This document shows positions 35,813-48,219 of a DNA stretch of 48,779 nucleotides, in pieces. Position numbers and translations under genes: made by a program. Below the pieces are notes generated by a model. That model searched no databases, was not told the origin of the DNA, and was given only the letters and a program-made list of their open reading frames with translations. The stretch covers positions 124,001-172,779 of the forward strand of contig KZ538068.1 in assembly GCA_000934665.2 (NCBI GenBank), given 5' to 3'. This DNA is from Catajapyx aquilonaris (Eukaryota). The stretch's first letter is position 1. Every line of letters starts with the position of its first letter.

Positions 35813-38800
35813 CGCTACACATGGCACGCCATAAATTCCTTAAAAACTGAGCTTCTTTTAAACTGTACAACCAAGTTTTAGACACTCTGTACGAAGGTCA
35901 GCCACACTTGAACCTTAAGCCCGGACCATGTTAAAAAAACTGACTTTGTTCCACCCTTTTCCAACTTCAATTCCCATTATCATTCCTACCGTGCTTGGCG
36001 CTCTTTCTTCCTTGCTGCCAGCTGGCTTTTAAATGCATTATGATTCATCAGTCTGGGATAACTAGCAATAATCAAATTCTAATAAAGTGATGGCACCCAG
36101 CGGCGGAAGAGAGCTTCAGATGAAGTCCAGCGATGCGGTCTGCATAGCAATGAAGAAGAGGGTGGGAAGAAGAGAATGATGTAGCTAGAGGATACTGTAA
36201 GGTCTGAGGGCTATAGGCTAAGAGGGATTCAGATGTTGACGAATAACTAGTAGTCTGGAGGTAAGAAATTTAACAAAATATACGTCAAAATGGGTATTAA
36301 ATTGAGGTGTCACATTTGGATCCGCGATTACGCCATTTTTAATTCTGTGGGAAACTAATCTACATCCCTATTAAGAACTATTCTGTACTAATGTGGAGGA
36401 GTCTCGGGCGTTACGAAATTGAAGCGAACTTTCCTTGTACACCACTCTGAAATGCTCCAGATCCCGCGTCGTTCCAGAGCCCGGCTCTCATTACCCGTAT
36501 TTCTCTTTGTCAAGAAGTAATTAAGGTCTACATTGCTTTAATAGGAGGGGGCTTACAAAGAAATTCCCTCCGTTAACTTCGCACCGAAACGGTAAGTGCA
36601 GATCACCAGTTCATTGTGGAGTCTCCACCAGCTTCACAGAGTGCTTAACACTACAATCGATCCTATTACTCCAAAAGAGTCTCTTCTTCAAATGACCGCT
36701 ACGGCCTTTCGGACCGTTCATCAAATAATTAGGTTACGGTTTTTCGGACATGGAGTTGGGTCAGCGTTACGTAATGATCGCCATGGAGTATTTAAACCAT
36801 GTCATGTTCAGGAGGCAGAGGACAAATGGTTCGAGGAAGAATTGTAATTACTGGACACAGTATTTGCCACTAATTACACTCTGAGTTTGCAAATTTAAGT
36901 AATTGAACTGCAAAGACTAAAATTTTCGAAACGTACCTATTCCATATACAAAATTTAATGAACATGTCCACATAAACGCCAAATTATTGGGCGTGATAAA
37001 AATTTCATATTGTGTACAAAGAAAATTTTGCAGCACAATACCGGGCCATACCGATTTATGAGTTATAGGCCACTCTCAGCTAGATTGATGTACAATTACA
37101 AATTCAATCCTTGCAAAACCGACATTTGGTTTTCATAGGCAGTTAAAATTTACTGTACCCTATTACATAGCAAGGGAAATTTATTGCGTACGGTACCGCA
37201 TGTTACACGTATTACACTCTCTGCAGTACTACAAAAGAGACCAATACCAGTAACGCAAATGCACCGGCCCTTTTATGCCAGGCACAATGTTTCTCGGCCA
37301 CCAGAGAAAACCTCAGCAAAAAACAACAAGCGCACCCGCTTTTAAATATTACAAAAGTACATCGGTAGTCCGGGTGTGTGCTTACTAATTACAAGCAGTT
37401 TGGCGCAGGTAAACAAGAGGGTGGTGGGCGGGTAGGAGGGATACAACAGTGACAAACGTGGCCCTCTCCACAGAGGTGCGAAATGACTAATTAATTCCCG
37501 CCAATTAAGCTCGCTTCCCCGCCTTAATGAACATTGCCCCTAGGCCACATCGTACTGTACTTCCACACTGCGATCTGACCAAGTGTCAAAAGCACCGTGA
37601 CAATTATTTTAGGGAAGCGATTGATGCTTCAAAAAGCAAGAGGAGGAGGACATTATTCTGAAAAGGAAGCTGCCAATCGCATTCTGATGGTGTCCCCAGA
37701 CGTTGACAAAAAGAGAATAAAGGAGCGTCTTTTCTGGCGCTAACGATGTCAATTACTTTGAAGGTGGTTCAAAAAAAACGGGTGTCACTCAAAATCAAAT
37801 TTTTCTACTTGGAGGAAAATGGCTGCCAAAACATGATCAGGTGTCAGAAGCAGCGTCATCTAGTTGGGCGTTTTCTACAACTCCCAATCGACGCCATGTT
37901 TGGGACTTTGCCCAATTTCTCTCAAAGATAAGAGTTGAGACTACCCGCATGGCCTTTGAAGGTGTGGGTCACAACTTTTGACAATTTTGAAGAAAATTGG
38001 AAAAAAAAGAGAGTTGTACTGGAGGTAGTGTGGTGGTTGAATAAATAGGCTCAAGAAGCAAGAAGTAATTCGGGTTTATGCGCCTGTGCCTTGAGGGGGA
38101 AGGAGGAGAGGGAAGTAGGGGAAGGAAGAGTTGGGGAGAGGTTCCTTAATTACCTGAGTGGACGCTAATCTTGGGCTTGGGAATTATATGGAGTCGTTTG
38201 CATTTCTCGGGATATGGAAGATGATCCAATTACTGTCTAATTGCTAATTGCTATCGCGAGCCAAAGTCTTTCCTGACCATAAATGGTCTTCACTTGGGAT
38301 TTAGAAAGGCCGAAGGCTCGATATAGGCGGCACAGAATTCGAAACAAATGAGGGAGCCTGGAATAGTGGTCGATTCCCTCGCAATCTAGAAGATCCCTTT
38401 GCAGAATCTGCATCGCAACCCAAAATTCGCCGTTTTGAATTGAGACCATTAAGCAAATTGTGTTTCTTTTTATGATAAACTAAATTTGGGACAAACAGGG
38501 CTGTGTTTTAAAAAATTCTGTAAAATGTAGCACCAGTATAAGTTGTCTAAAATATTTTTTGCCATATACTACACATACAACTAATCCATTTCTGCAGTAT
38601 AAGTGACCTTTGCTTTAACCAACTCCAACTTAACTAATTCGTTCCAACTACCACTGCAGTATGCAAGGAAAACGGTGCAATTTGGCGCAGCCCCATCACG
38701 GCTCCCAATTCCTTCCATCCTCCCCTCTTCTCCCCCCCTCATCCCCCCTGCACTTCGAACCCTCTCAGAAATAGGAGAAAAAGTACCTAGGGGGAGTGAG

Positions 38801-39135
38801 TTATGAAAAGGGTGCACGCTGGACTGACTGCATCCAGTAATTACGCTACCGACTCCATTTGATTTAGGGAAAAGGCTGCAGAGAGGGAAGGGGGACTGAA
38901 GCTGAGGGAATGAGATGAGCGAAAATCATATTCATTCCCGGTTTTAATTCGGGAACAAAAGGGTTAACCTGCCAGGATCACAAGTGCCCAGCACTCGATC
39001 TAGATTTGACCAGGTTTTTGTGACAAAATAATGGTTTCACAAGTGGGTTCATTACAGTGTGATATACTGATTTAAACTTAAGTTTTGGAAAAAATACACC
39101 TTACTTTAAAGGCTTAAAAAGTCGTCTATATTCTT

Positions 39136-39254
39136 GGTGCATAATATTATTTACTAGATGCATATTAAGGTGCATAATATTATTTACTAGATGCATATTA
39201 AGGGGCATAATATTATTTACTAGATGCATATTAAGGTGCATAATAATATTTACT
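39136..39254. repeat. 33-bp AT-rich minisatellite (3.5 copies)
   Basis: GGTGCATAATATTATTTACTAGATGCATATTAA at 39136, 39169 and 39202, partial at 39235. It explains the HLNMHLVNNIM ORF. Confidence 0.95.
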
Positions 39255-40342
39255 TTGTGTACGAAATATCTGGCAGGTAAGGTATGGTGTAGCGTGCCTT
39301 TTTGGTCCTTCATAATGGTACCAGTGGCGATCAACTCGACGGTGATGATAATGACTAGGGCTGATGACAATCATCCCAGTGTCCTGTCCCCCCATCTAGT
39401 ACACCCTGACGCCCTACAACCAATACTCGTTAAGTCAATATAGCCAGGCTGGTTCCCTGTTCGTCATGACGCGCCTTGAGAATTTAGAAAGACGGAAGAT
39501 GTCGGCTTTAATGCCCTCGTTAGGTGGTAATTCCAGCTCAGTTGGCGCCGGACACAAGTGGCGTTTCCGTTGTTACACTGCAGGCCCCTATTTTCCACGG
39601 CCAGATTCGCTTCATTTAGCCCATAAAAACCTTCCAACCCTCCCAGCATTTATTGCATTGCACCTTAAGCAGCACCGCGCTCTTTAAAATGGAAACTCGT
39701 TTTGGGCCACGTTATGGACCTTTTGCGTGAGATTATCGCCGTAATGAGTGGCTCCCGCCTATGAAAAGACGAAATCCGGGTTTGCAAAAGGGGGGCATCA
39801 AATTTTAATGCATGCGTGATCCAACATGGCCGACTCTTTGCAAGTCGCCAAACACCCTCAAAAGTCATAACCCTTAAGCCTAGAAACTAAGGCACTTCCC
39901 TCGGCCCGTCCCCAGAGACACGTTTCAAAGGACCAGAACCGGACTCCTCCTTAGACGGTCCCTCAGACGACCCTTTGGACTGCAGACTTCTTCTTTTGCC
40001 TTATTGAAACACTATAGACGCTCGCTTAAAGTTCAATTGACTTGCTAACCCTAGTGCGGTTTCACGTAAACAAAGCCGTTTCCTGCAATGCACCACTGGT
40101 TGTGTCTCTAGGGCTCTCAGGAAGATACGCTCGTTAAGGATCGTCCTAAAAGTACTGGTAGTAACATGCATTAACCCATATATGCCTAGCGTCCTATATG
40201 AAGGACTCTTAAAATGTTAGGTGTTTGGTGATTGTGTTAGTTCTTCATTTGTTCGTAAAATGAAAAGTATATGAATATTTCAATATCTGGGTTAAACGTA
40301 CGTCAAAACAGCGTAACATTTTATTTTTAAAATGTAGACTAT

Positions 40343-40786
40343 TTTTGTAATTTTTAAATGTTATTATACCCCGTGATAAACCTACTGGCTTTGTAGGGGG
40401 TGGAATACCACCATTTAGCGTTTTTTTGCCATTTTTTCGATCTTTTTCTCTCACCAGTGCAGGGGACATGATAGGGATAGTGAGGGGGGATACGGGTGCA
40501 GGTGCATTGTCATCACGTTGGGGGTCGTGTGCAGTCCCCCAGGGGGCCAAGCTTAAGACACCCCCCTAGGTGCGGGGTCAGAAATCACCCACCGACACCG
40601 CACCTCCTCAAGGACAGGACAAGGATAGGAAAGGCAGGAAGCGGCTGTTGCCTATTATTTAGGAAACAACTCCGGAATTCTCCTGGGGGAAAAACCACGG
40701 TTAGAGTTGCCGGCACCGGGAATCGAACCCAGGACCTCCCGATTAGCAGCCGGATACCAAATCTCCTCCGCTACCACTGCTTCGGT
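40343..40786 (-). mobile_element. Full-length tRNA-derived SINE (444 bp)
   Basis: On the minus strand: tRNA-like head with B-box GGTTCGATTCC, unique body, 3' stem-loop GGTGG-TATT-CCACC and A-rich tail. 13-bp TSD AAATGTAGACTAT at 40330-40342 and 40787-40799. Two related fragments lie in the window. Confidence 0.88.
40708..40786 (-). promoter_or_regulatory. tRNA-like SINE head / Pol III internal promoter (not a functional tRNA)
   Basis: T-arm CTGGG-TTCGATT-CCCGG, anticodon-like arm TCCGG-CTGCTAA-TCGGG and short variable loop AGGTC. The B-box is at 40719-40729. The D-arm/A-box is degenerate and the acceptor stem pairs poorly. Confidence 0.75.
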
Positions 40787-41849
40787 AAATGTAGACTATG
40801 TAATATATTACAACCAACACCAGATAGCCTACCATTTTCAATACTTTATGAACAACCCCTTAGCTCCATGCCCACTATATGTCATTAGATAATGTACACA
40901 TGAATATGAAAAATCTGTGCAAAATTTGCATCAAAAAACCAGTACGTATTGCATCAGCATTTCTATACCTCAATTATGCGTCGCGTGTTATGATTGCGCA
41001 ACCTTTTAAAGCGGACATCTATTTCACCATGATGAGGCTAATAATGGCAGTACACGCAGTAAAACCAACCTACAGTGTTTGCCAGCCCAGATAATAAAAC
41101 TATAACAAATTAATTCCAGGATCAAATGTCAATCCACAAGCTCTATGCAACCTGAATTTATTTTCAGAATTACAGGCGCCAGAGCATAATAAATCCTTTG
41201 GGGTGAAAATTGAGCTTCGGACACTTGATGATAATAGCTGGTTGCGTCATAAAACATTGGCTTTCCCCCAATTTTTGGGAGCAGAAGACCTCACGTCAAG
41301 GGCCATATACTGTCCCATGCAACCCAGTGTCCCTTTCCGCTGAATCCTGCCGAAAGCGAGGCCCAATCAGTAGAAGAAGTGCTCTCCTTCTACCCCATGC
41401 CCGTAACTTTTATGGATGTTGTCCGGGTTTGGAACAAACGCCAATCATCCGTAAGTTGCCCCCACCTCTGGCGACCAATTCCTCGTTACTGCTTCGGGTC
41501 TTATCTAGGGAGGTTGTGTCACCCGAGGGAATCCTTGACATGAAATACAAATGTTTGTTGACCAGTCCAGGGATGAGATAGTGAGGGACAAAAAAAGGAC
41601 CGGTTTTAATCCAGGTTGTAGGTTAGATTTATCAGAGAGAGTGGTGGATAATTGCCAGGATTTTTTGGGGGGAGTTCATCCTGGCGTGTATGGAAACCAT
41701 GCGCCTCTTTTGTACTGCAGATTGCCTAATGTACAGGGGCTGTTATATAGTATACCTTGTTCGAATAGGGAGCCATAGAAAATGTTTTAATTTTATTATG
41801 GCGAAGAAAACTGGGAGGAAAATTATTCAGACAAAATCTTGAATAATTA

Positions 41850-41966
41850 CTTATTTATATTTATTTTTATTTAGTTTACCGCGTGATGACCCTTACGGGT
41901 GCTATCGGTGGGTGGCATACCACCATCAGTTTTCTGTATATATTTTCTGCTTCATTCACCGGTGCA
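41850..41966 (-). mobile_element. 5'-truncated retroposon 3' end (SINE or partner LINE tail) with 17-bp TSD
   Basis: TSD AAAATCTTGAATAATTA at 41833-41849 and 41967-41983. A-rich tail on the minus strand. TACCGCGTGAT...GGTGGCATACCACCAT...TCACCGGTGCA matches about 40366-40461 of the SINE. Confidence 0.82.
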
Positions 41967-42067
41967 AAAATCTTGAATAATTATGTATAGGTACTATCGG
42001 TCTCGGCTTCGGCCACTTTATCCTGGTCTTGAAGCAGCCCTTCACACACACCTACACACCCACTCTT

Positions 42068-42409
42068 GTCTTGACTAAGGCGTGGGGACGGACATTGATC
42101 ACTTTTCACTGCGAGTGTAAACTGATCTAACCTAACCTAACCTGATCTAACCTAACCTAACCTAACCTAACCTAACCTACCCTACCTACCCTACCCTAAG
42201 TAACCTAGGCTGAGAAAAATGGACTTTTGTGAAACCCTACAAATGAAAATAGTGGGGACATGTCCTCACTAATTTACACATGTCCCCACTGTAATGGTAC
42301 ACTTCGCGTGTGTGAGACTGTGGGGACCGACAAATGTCCCCACAATTGGAACTGGTCCCCACAGCTACAGTAAAACCACGGACTTCCGTCCCCAGACCTT
42401 AGTCAAGAC
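42068..42409. mobile_element. Inner TIR element carrying telomeric repeats and multiple GTCCCCAC/GTGGGGAC motifs
   Basis: 25-bp TIRs GTCTTGACTAAGGCGTGGGGACGGA and TCCGTCCCCAGACCTTAGTCAAGAC (23/25). It sits next to a CA-rich tract (42043-42063). Confidence 0.7.
42127..42207. repeat. Interstitial (CCTAA)n = arthropod-type telomeric (TTAGG)n tract
   Basis: About 9 CCTAA/CTAA units, degenerating into CCTAC/CCCTA. Confidence 0.93.
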
Positions 42410-43673
42410 CTGATCACCGCGGGGCCTGTGCGAAGGGTTGCTTCAAGATCATGATAAAGTGGCCGAAACTAATTGAGACCAATAGTACTTATTTTTCCTT
42501 AATTTGTCTTGATGGACCTACTACAAAAAGTTGATTACACAACTTTTGAAATTCAGACGCATATAACACCAATAAACTCCCAATTAGATGCATATCAACA
42601 AACAAAATTTCTGCTTTAAATATTTTTTAGCTTTCAACAATTATTGTTGAAAACTAAAATATTAAAAACAGTACCAATATGTTCAATCTTAAAAAATTCA
42701 ACTAAATTACTTAGAAAACTACCTCCCGGCCTATTTTCAATTTAAATATGGGTCTTAAATGACAAATCGCCAAAATTAACCTTCCATCTCGAAACAAATA
42801 AAGACATTTTCTCGTAGCCAGAATGATGAATTATATGGACAATGTGGTGTGCTACACAATCCAAGAAAAACTTTTCTTTCGTAAGCTCCCCCGTCAAGTC
42901 AAGGAGAATATGGCCGTGTGGCATGTAACTCGTCCTTTGTGACTGGCCACTCAGGACAGGCTATTTGTCTTCTTCAACTGTTGAGGAGTCCCATTTCAGG
43001 GGCACTATAGAATGCACTAAATTTAAACAAATTGGTTACAAATTAGGTTGATTCCAGCGCCCCCTCTTTTAAGGCTAGTTTTATGCCAGCTCCGTGCTTT
43101 CTAATTCATTTCTGTAACTCGCCTCTCGGTTTCCAAACTGATTCTAGGAAAAGGGGTTTATATTCTGGAGGAGGAGAAAAAGTAATTTCGCCCAACAGCA
43201 AGGTGATGGGAGGAAACTAACAGGATGAGAACAAAGTCCGCCGATTTTCCCTATTAAAGTCCAATGGGTCTTTCAAACTTTTCTAATTGTGATGCATTGG
43301 AAAGCAATGCTGGAGCTTTCTCCCCCCCCCCCNTAACTTTTGGAGCAGCTATTACGGCAGTTCATTTCATAGGGAAGACGCTAACAACAGCCGTTATGAG
43401 GAGGGGTGAATGGGAATGGCTTTGGAAGGAAGCCAGGAAAAAGCCGCGGCAAAAGGGGAGAAGCGGAACTTACGTCACTCCGACCCTTTTCCTAGACACT
43501 GAATCACTCATGACATCGAGCTCAAGGTCACCCTACTTAAGAAGCGCATGTGCTGGGAACAAAATGTCGGATCCGACGGTGGATGACGGAATTGCAGTCA
43601 TCTTGGATACTCTTGGAGGGGGGTTTCCAAGGGCGGAAAGGTCGCATTGGAATGAGTTTTTAAAATGCCTGTA

Positions 43674-44444
43674 CAGGGTGGCGCAAATGGGACGAGTGCG
43701 ACGGAGGAATATCGATGCAGGCTTACAAAATGGCGGAATAAACTTCTGCGTCGTCCAATCTTCCAACCCTTCTGTTACGAACAGGCAATAGATATGGAAG
43801 CTATTTGTATGTATACAATTTGAAGAGAGAAAAATTAGTGAATGGTAATATTGGGTGTCAAAAATGTGCGGACTGTAGCGAAAGTACTATGGAAAACCTT
43901 GCCCCCGCAACAGTCGGAGTTAAAGGGATCAGAGTCCCACGACAGGTGATTTAACGACTTTTACATCAATTTTACGACTTTTACCGTCAATTTTACGTTA
44001 AAATGTATAACTACTATTATACTATTGAGACGATATTTTGAAGTGAAATTAACGTATAAGTCGTTAAAATAACGCCATGGATCATTTGGCGTGGGACTCT
44101 GGTCAATATATCCAAAGTGGCCTTTAACTCCGGCTGTTGTGGAGGCAAGGTTTTCCATACTACTGGCGAATTTGCAAATTTCCATACATTTGTTGTTGAG
44201 ATGTGCCTGTGGTGCAGATGGTATAACGATTATATTGTAACAAATTACCTTCACTAACTACTGGGTTAGAAATCTCTAATCAGATAAGCAGTTTAAATCA
44301 TTGGCGCAGTTTTTCGCGGATATTTGTCATTATTCATTTCTTAACTTGACAATTCAGCAGAGACCGCCTGGTATGAACTAGCAATATTTCACATTTGATA
44401 TTACAATCGTCTCCACCCCGTGAAGTCACTTTCGCCCCACCCTG
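43674..44444. mobile_element. Old Tc1/mariner-like MITE (TA TSD) hosting a nested element
   Basis: TA|CAGGGTGGCGCAAATGGGAC on the left matches the reverse complement of the right end, TA|CAGGGTGGGGCGAAAGTGAC (~18/22 including TA). Confidence 0.55.
43882..44165. mobile_element. TIR MITE (284 bp) with 4-bp TSD GCGA (Academ-like, tentative)
   Basis: AAGTACTATGGAAAACCTTGCCCCCGCAACAGTCGGAGTTAAAGG matches reverse-complement CAGTAGTATGGAAAACCTTGCCTCCACAACAGCCGGAGTTAAAGG. A second block, CAGAGTCCCACG, also matches. GCGA at 43878-43881 and 44166-44169. Internal ACGACTTTTAC repeats. Confidence 0.82.
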
Positions 44445-47400
44445 TACAACCGGTCTTCTCTCCGATCATATATGCATGAAGAAATCCAGTTTGGCCGCAA
44501 TATCTCCCCGTAAACTAACTACCATCAAAGTTTTGGTGCCACCACTTTTCACCTTAGAATTTCCCTGGTGGCAAGAAGCAGCCGGCTCCAATTTCCCATC
44601 CTCCCCAGCTTTGCACCAGTCTTTTGTTATTCCTCTCAGAGCACTATTGTTTGTCCCGAAGAGCAGACGATCGTGTTTAGACGTCAATTTTGAAACTTTG
44701 CCGAGTTTCCTCCTCCTCCCCCCTGTATGAGAAGCTGGTCCCCTTTCCTTGTCCATTCGCATGGAGCATCCGCAATGACCTCACGGTGTCTGTCGAGAAT
44801 TCGAAGAACAACATGCTTGATACACGAGTACCATCATCAAGCCTGCTGGTTCTCCCCTAGCAGGAGCCAGAAGCTCCTTGTGATTTATTTACGGTGGAGG
44901 AAAAAGTTGCGCATCCAATAACTCTGAGCATACTGGCTCGGTATTACACTCATAACCACAAAGCTTGTTGCTAAATGGAAAGCGAACATTACGGTGCGGC
45001 TTTAATGAACCCAAACAGCCGATTACACGCCTTTTCCAACCCGCTCACTGACCTTCCAAGCTGTAAGCCTTTGATCCCCCCCCCCTCCCTTCCCTCCCTA
45101 TCTACCCCCCCGCATTTCTCTCCCCCTACTGCAATCCCCCCCTCCCCTATTTTCCACCCACCTCCCTCCGCTCCATCCTCCCAAGACCCGTGTACACTCA
45201 CCCCTATGATGGAATCTACTGTGCTACCTGGTGGAAATGCAAAGTGATACAGCGCGTTCTAGCGGCACGTGAAGACAACTGGAGCGGTATCCGCAATGAA
45301 GCGTGAACAGTGACGGATGGAATAATTTCGCTGATTTGTGAAGGAAACTTCGACGCATACAATGATTTTCATGGTTTTGTCTTTTGGCATGTATCGCATC
45401 ATTTATCGTAAAACCCTAGCTCTCGAAGGTGGTCGCTTCTTTTTGGCTCAAAGTGTCGACTCTGGCTGGAGCCCTACAGCTAATTGGCCAAAATTCCCAT
45501 CAAACTCCCACCGCAATATAGCCGGGGCGAAAAGCGACTATGGCTCTGGCACACCGACGCTCCGGAATACACAAACAGGGAAGGAGGCTTCTGCCTCTAC
45601 ATTCCCCAGAAACTTCTTGAAAAATGAGCTCTATCTTGGTGGCTGGAAGCTCCTCCTTCCTTCTCCCCTCTCCCCCCCTTTTTTCCACCCCTCCTTCCCC
45701 CTCTTGCATTAGATGGAGGCATCTGGCAAACTCGCCCGGACTGCTGCTGCCCAACCGCCAGCCAGCAAGTTCATTCCTGCCCTTGGCCTCCCCTAACCCC
45801 CATTTATCATTCAAGCGGGTATAAAATTCTCATAAATATGAAATAGATATGGGGTTAAGTCATGCACGCATTCGGGTGATGCCACGCCGTTTTTGAGCGG
45901 GTTACAAATGAGAGTCAAGATGGAATGTGCACTTACACGGAATATGAAAAAATAAAAACTTAACCTCAAATTACGTTAGGCTCCGAATTTTTAATCAGCA
46001 TATAGGAATATGCAATCATGTTCTGTCATTTGCCGTCAGTTTGTCGCAATTTAGCAACAGACGTGAAAATCATTGGCCCAAAAGATGGTGGGGGGCCTCC
46101 TGAGAATTTCCTGCACATATTGAAAAATTTATTGCTCCTAATAAGACAAGTTATGCCTTCTTTATCTTCTGCAAGTTTCGGTCTTTTCAGTCGTTGTGTC
46201 AGGAAGGGAGCGTAAATCATGGGCTAAAGTAAGTGGGTAAAAACTGAATTGATTTTTTTTTTTAAATTAGGTAGTACGATTTATGAGCATAATATCCATC
46301 TTCTAAACATAGTGGCGACTCTAATTACACTGATGTAATGAGCCAAACGAAGTTCAGTGTATAAAGCTTAAACTCTGGGTGAAAATTAATTCTAAGAATA
46401 CTGTAAAAACTTGCATCTTGTCCCGACCGATACCGCAACCTAGAGTTTCAATTGCCTTTCGAACTTTAGGACCCCGAGAGCGCCCGAGGAAGGTAAATTA
46501 AGCCAAAGTATCCGAAACGGAGCCGACGGTAATAATCTCGTTAAAGCAACTCATAAAAGAGGTCTTTCTGGTCACGGAGCTTGCTTATTAGGGCAAACTC
46601 TGCTCCGTCCACTTAACCAATATCACGGCAAGTCATCGGCGTGAGAGACATATTCATCTGTAAGTCTAATGCAATATCATGGCCTCCCTGGCGTCATCTG
46701 CTTGTTTCTTTTCCCCTACAAATGGTAGTTTATGAGAAGGCGAGAAGCATGGCAACTTTTTTCATAATAACCGTCATTTTCCGTAGCCGTCACTTCCATC
46801 AGACTGGCCGAAACGGTGCGCCGTCGCATCGAGAATCTTGGAAGTTTCTCTTCCCCTCTTTTTGAGTGGGGTGGTAGACTGGGGGTGGCCTACCCTTCGG
46901 CCACCCCCACAAGAAGCTGCACTTCTTCTTTGCACCTGGCAACTTTACGAGCCATTGCGGGGCTTCCGCAATGCCCCCGCCTGCCCATTTGCGCTGGTCT
47001 CTAGTGAAAAGCGTGGGCTGTAAAAAGCGCTCCGAATAGCAACGACTTGCGCCCGTAAATGAGAAAATTTGGAATTAATGCAGGGGAAGGTAATCCAGAG
47101 ACCTGGGGTGGAGAAAAGAGAGGTTGTTGAGGGGGGGGGGGGGGGGGGNGGCGGACACTGGACCCCCCAAACTACCATCCCCCTCTTTGGGTCCCCCGGC
47201 GAGGAACGAGACCCTCCACCCGCCCCTATAGGCACCAAATAACCCTTGTGGGGGCCAGGGGCCAAGCAGTAGCTAGGCTTTATTGCCAATTGAGTGGATT
47301 TTCGAAAACACGTTGGGAAAACAGTGCAGCACGTCCCCCCCGCCCTGCCCCCACCTCTATTGGAAACGACCGTTTACGAGAAGCGTGTTGCCACATTGTT

Positions 47401-48219
47401 CCCTCCTTTAATGCCTCGAGTGTAATCTGGAAAATTGAAGAAGGAAGTATAAAAGGAGACTGTGCATTGGCCTTATCTCAAATACTTGCACGCCAGAGCC
47501 CCCTAAGAGGTGCCCCTCGAGTCCCAAGCGGAGTTGACCGTTACGCCGCCCAAATAACGGTCAACTTGGCTTGGGACTCTTTCCACCCCCAACTTCTTCA
47601 AGCGTGGAAAAAAATATATATATCCTCATTCATCCGCCATATCTTGGGTTAGTGGGCGGTATTTCGGCTGGTCGGGTGGTCGTAACATGCATCGGTTTCC
47701 CTCCTCCTTGGCAAAAATTAGACCTCGGCAGCGTTTTACCCCTTTTATTGCCGCCATTAATACGTTGACACCGTCCTTTACTCGCAATGAAGTGTGTAAC
47801 ACTCTTAATTCCCCCGGCTAATGCCTATATTCGCCAAGACTTTTCCCCAACTTGCAGGCACAGCTGAGTCGTAAAAAGTTTGGCTGCCAGATGAAGGTGA
47901 GACGCAGAGGAAACAGGGATCCGCCCCATCAACTGCGAATGGCTTCAATTTCAGGGGGATAACCCTCGTCGAGCCAAGAAACGCCCTTACAACTATCTTA
48001 ATCGCTTCCTTCCGACTCTGCCTTCAGCAACTTCATCCTACGATTTAACTGCATATTCACACACGCACACCCATACACGCACTGTCCTCTTGGGGTTCAC
48101 CGGATGGTGTCTGGATATCCTCCACTTGGTGTGTGTTTTATGACACACATGGTCATGAAATTGTATGTTCCACTACTAAAGTGTGTGTAATGCCTGTAGT
48201 TACAAGTTAAATGCATGAA

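Larger units (their letters stand above)
41990..42489. mobile_element. MITE with ~60-bp TIRs, TA-flanked, enclosing a second TIR-bounded segment
   Basis: GGTACTATCGGTCTC...TTCGGCCACTTTATCCTGGTCTTGAAGCAGCCCTTCACACA (41990-42048) matches the reverse complement of 42427-42489. TA at 41988-41989 and 42490-42491. Confidence 0.8.

Noticed and set aside
40708..40786. tRNA-Ser(GCT) gene
   Set aside because: It lacks the long variable arm of tRNA-Ser, has poor D and acceptor stems, and lies at the 5' end of a TSD-flanked SINE.
42127..42207. True telomere or chromosome fusion site
   Set aside because: The tract is short, in a single orientation, and enclosed by TIRs.
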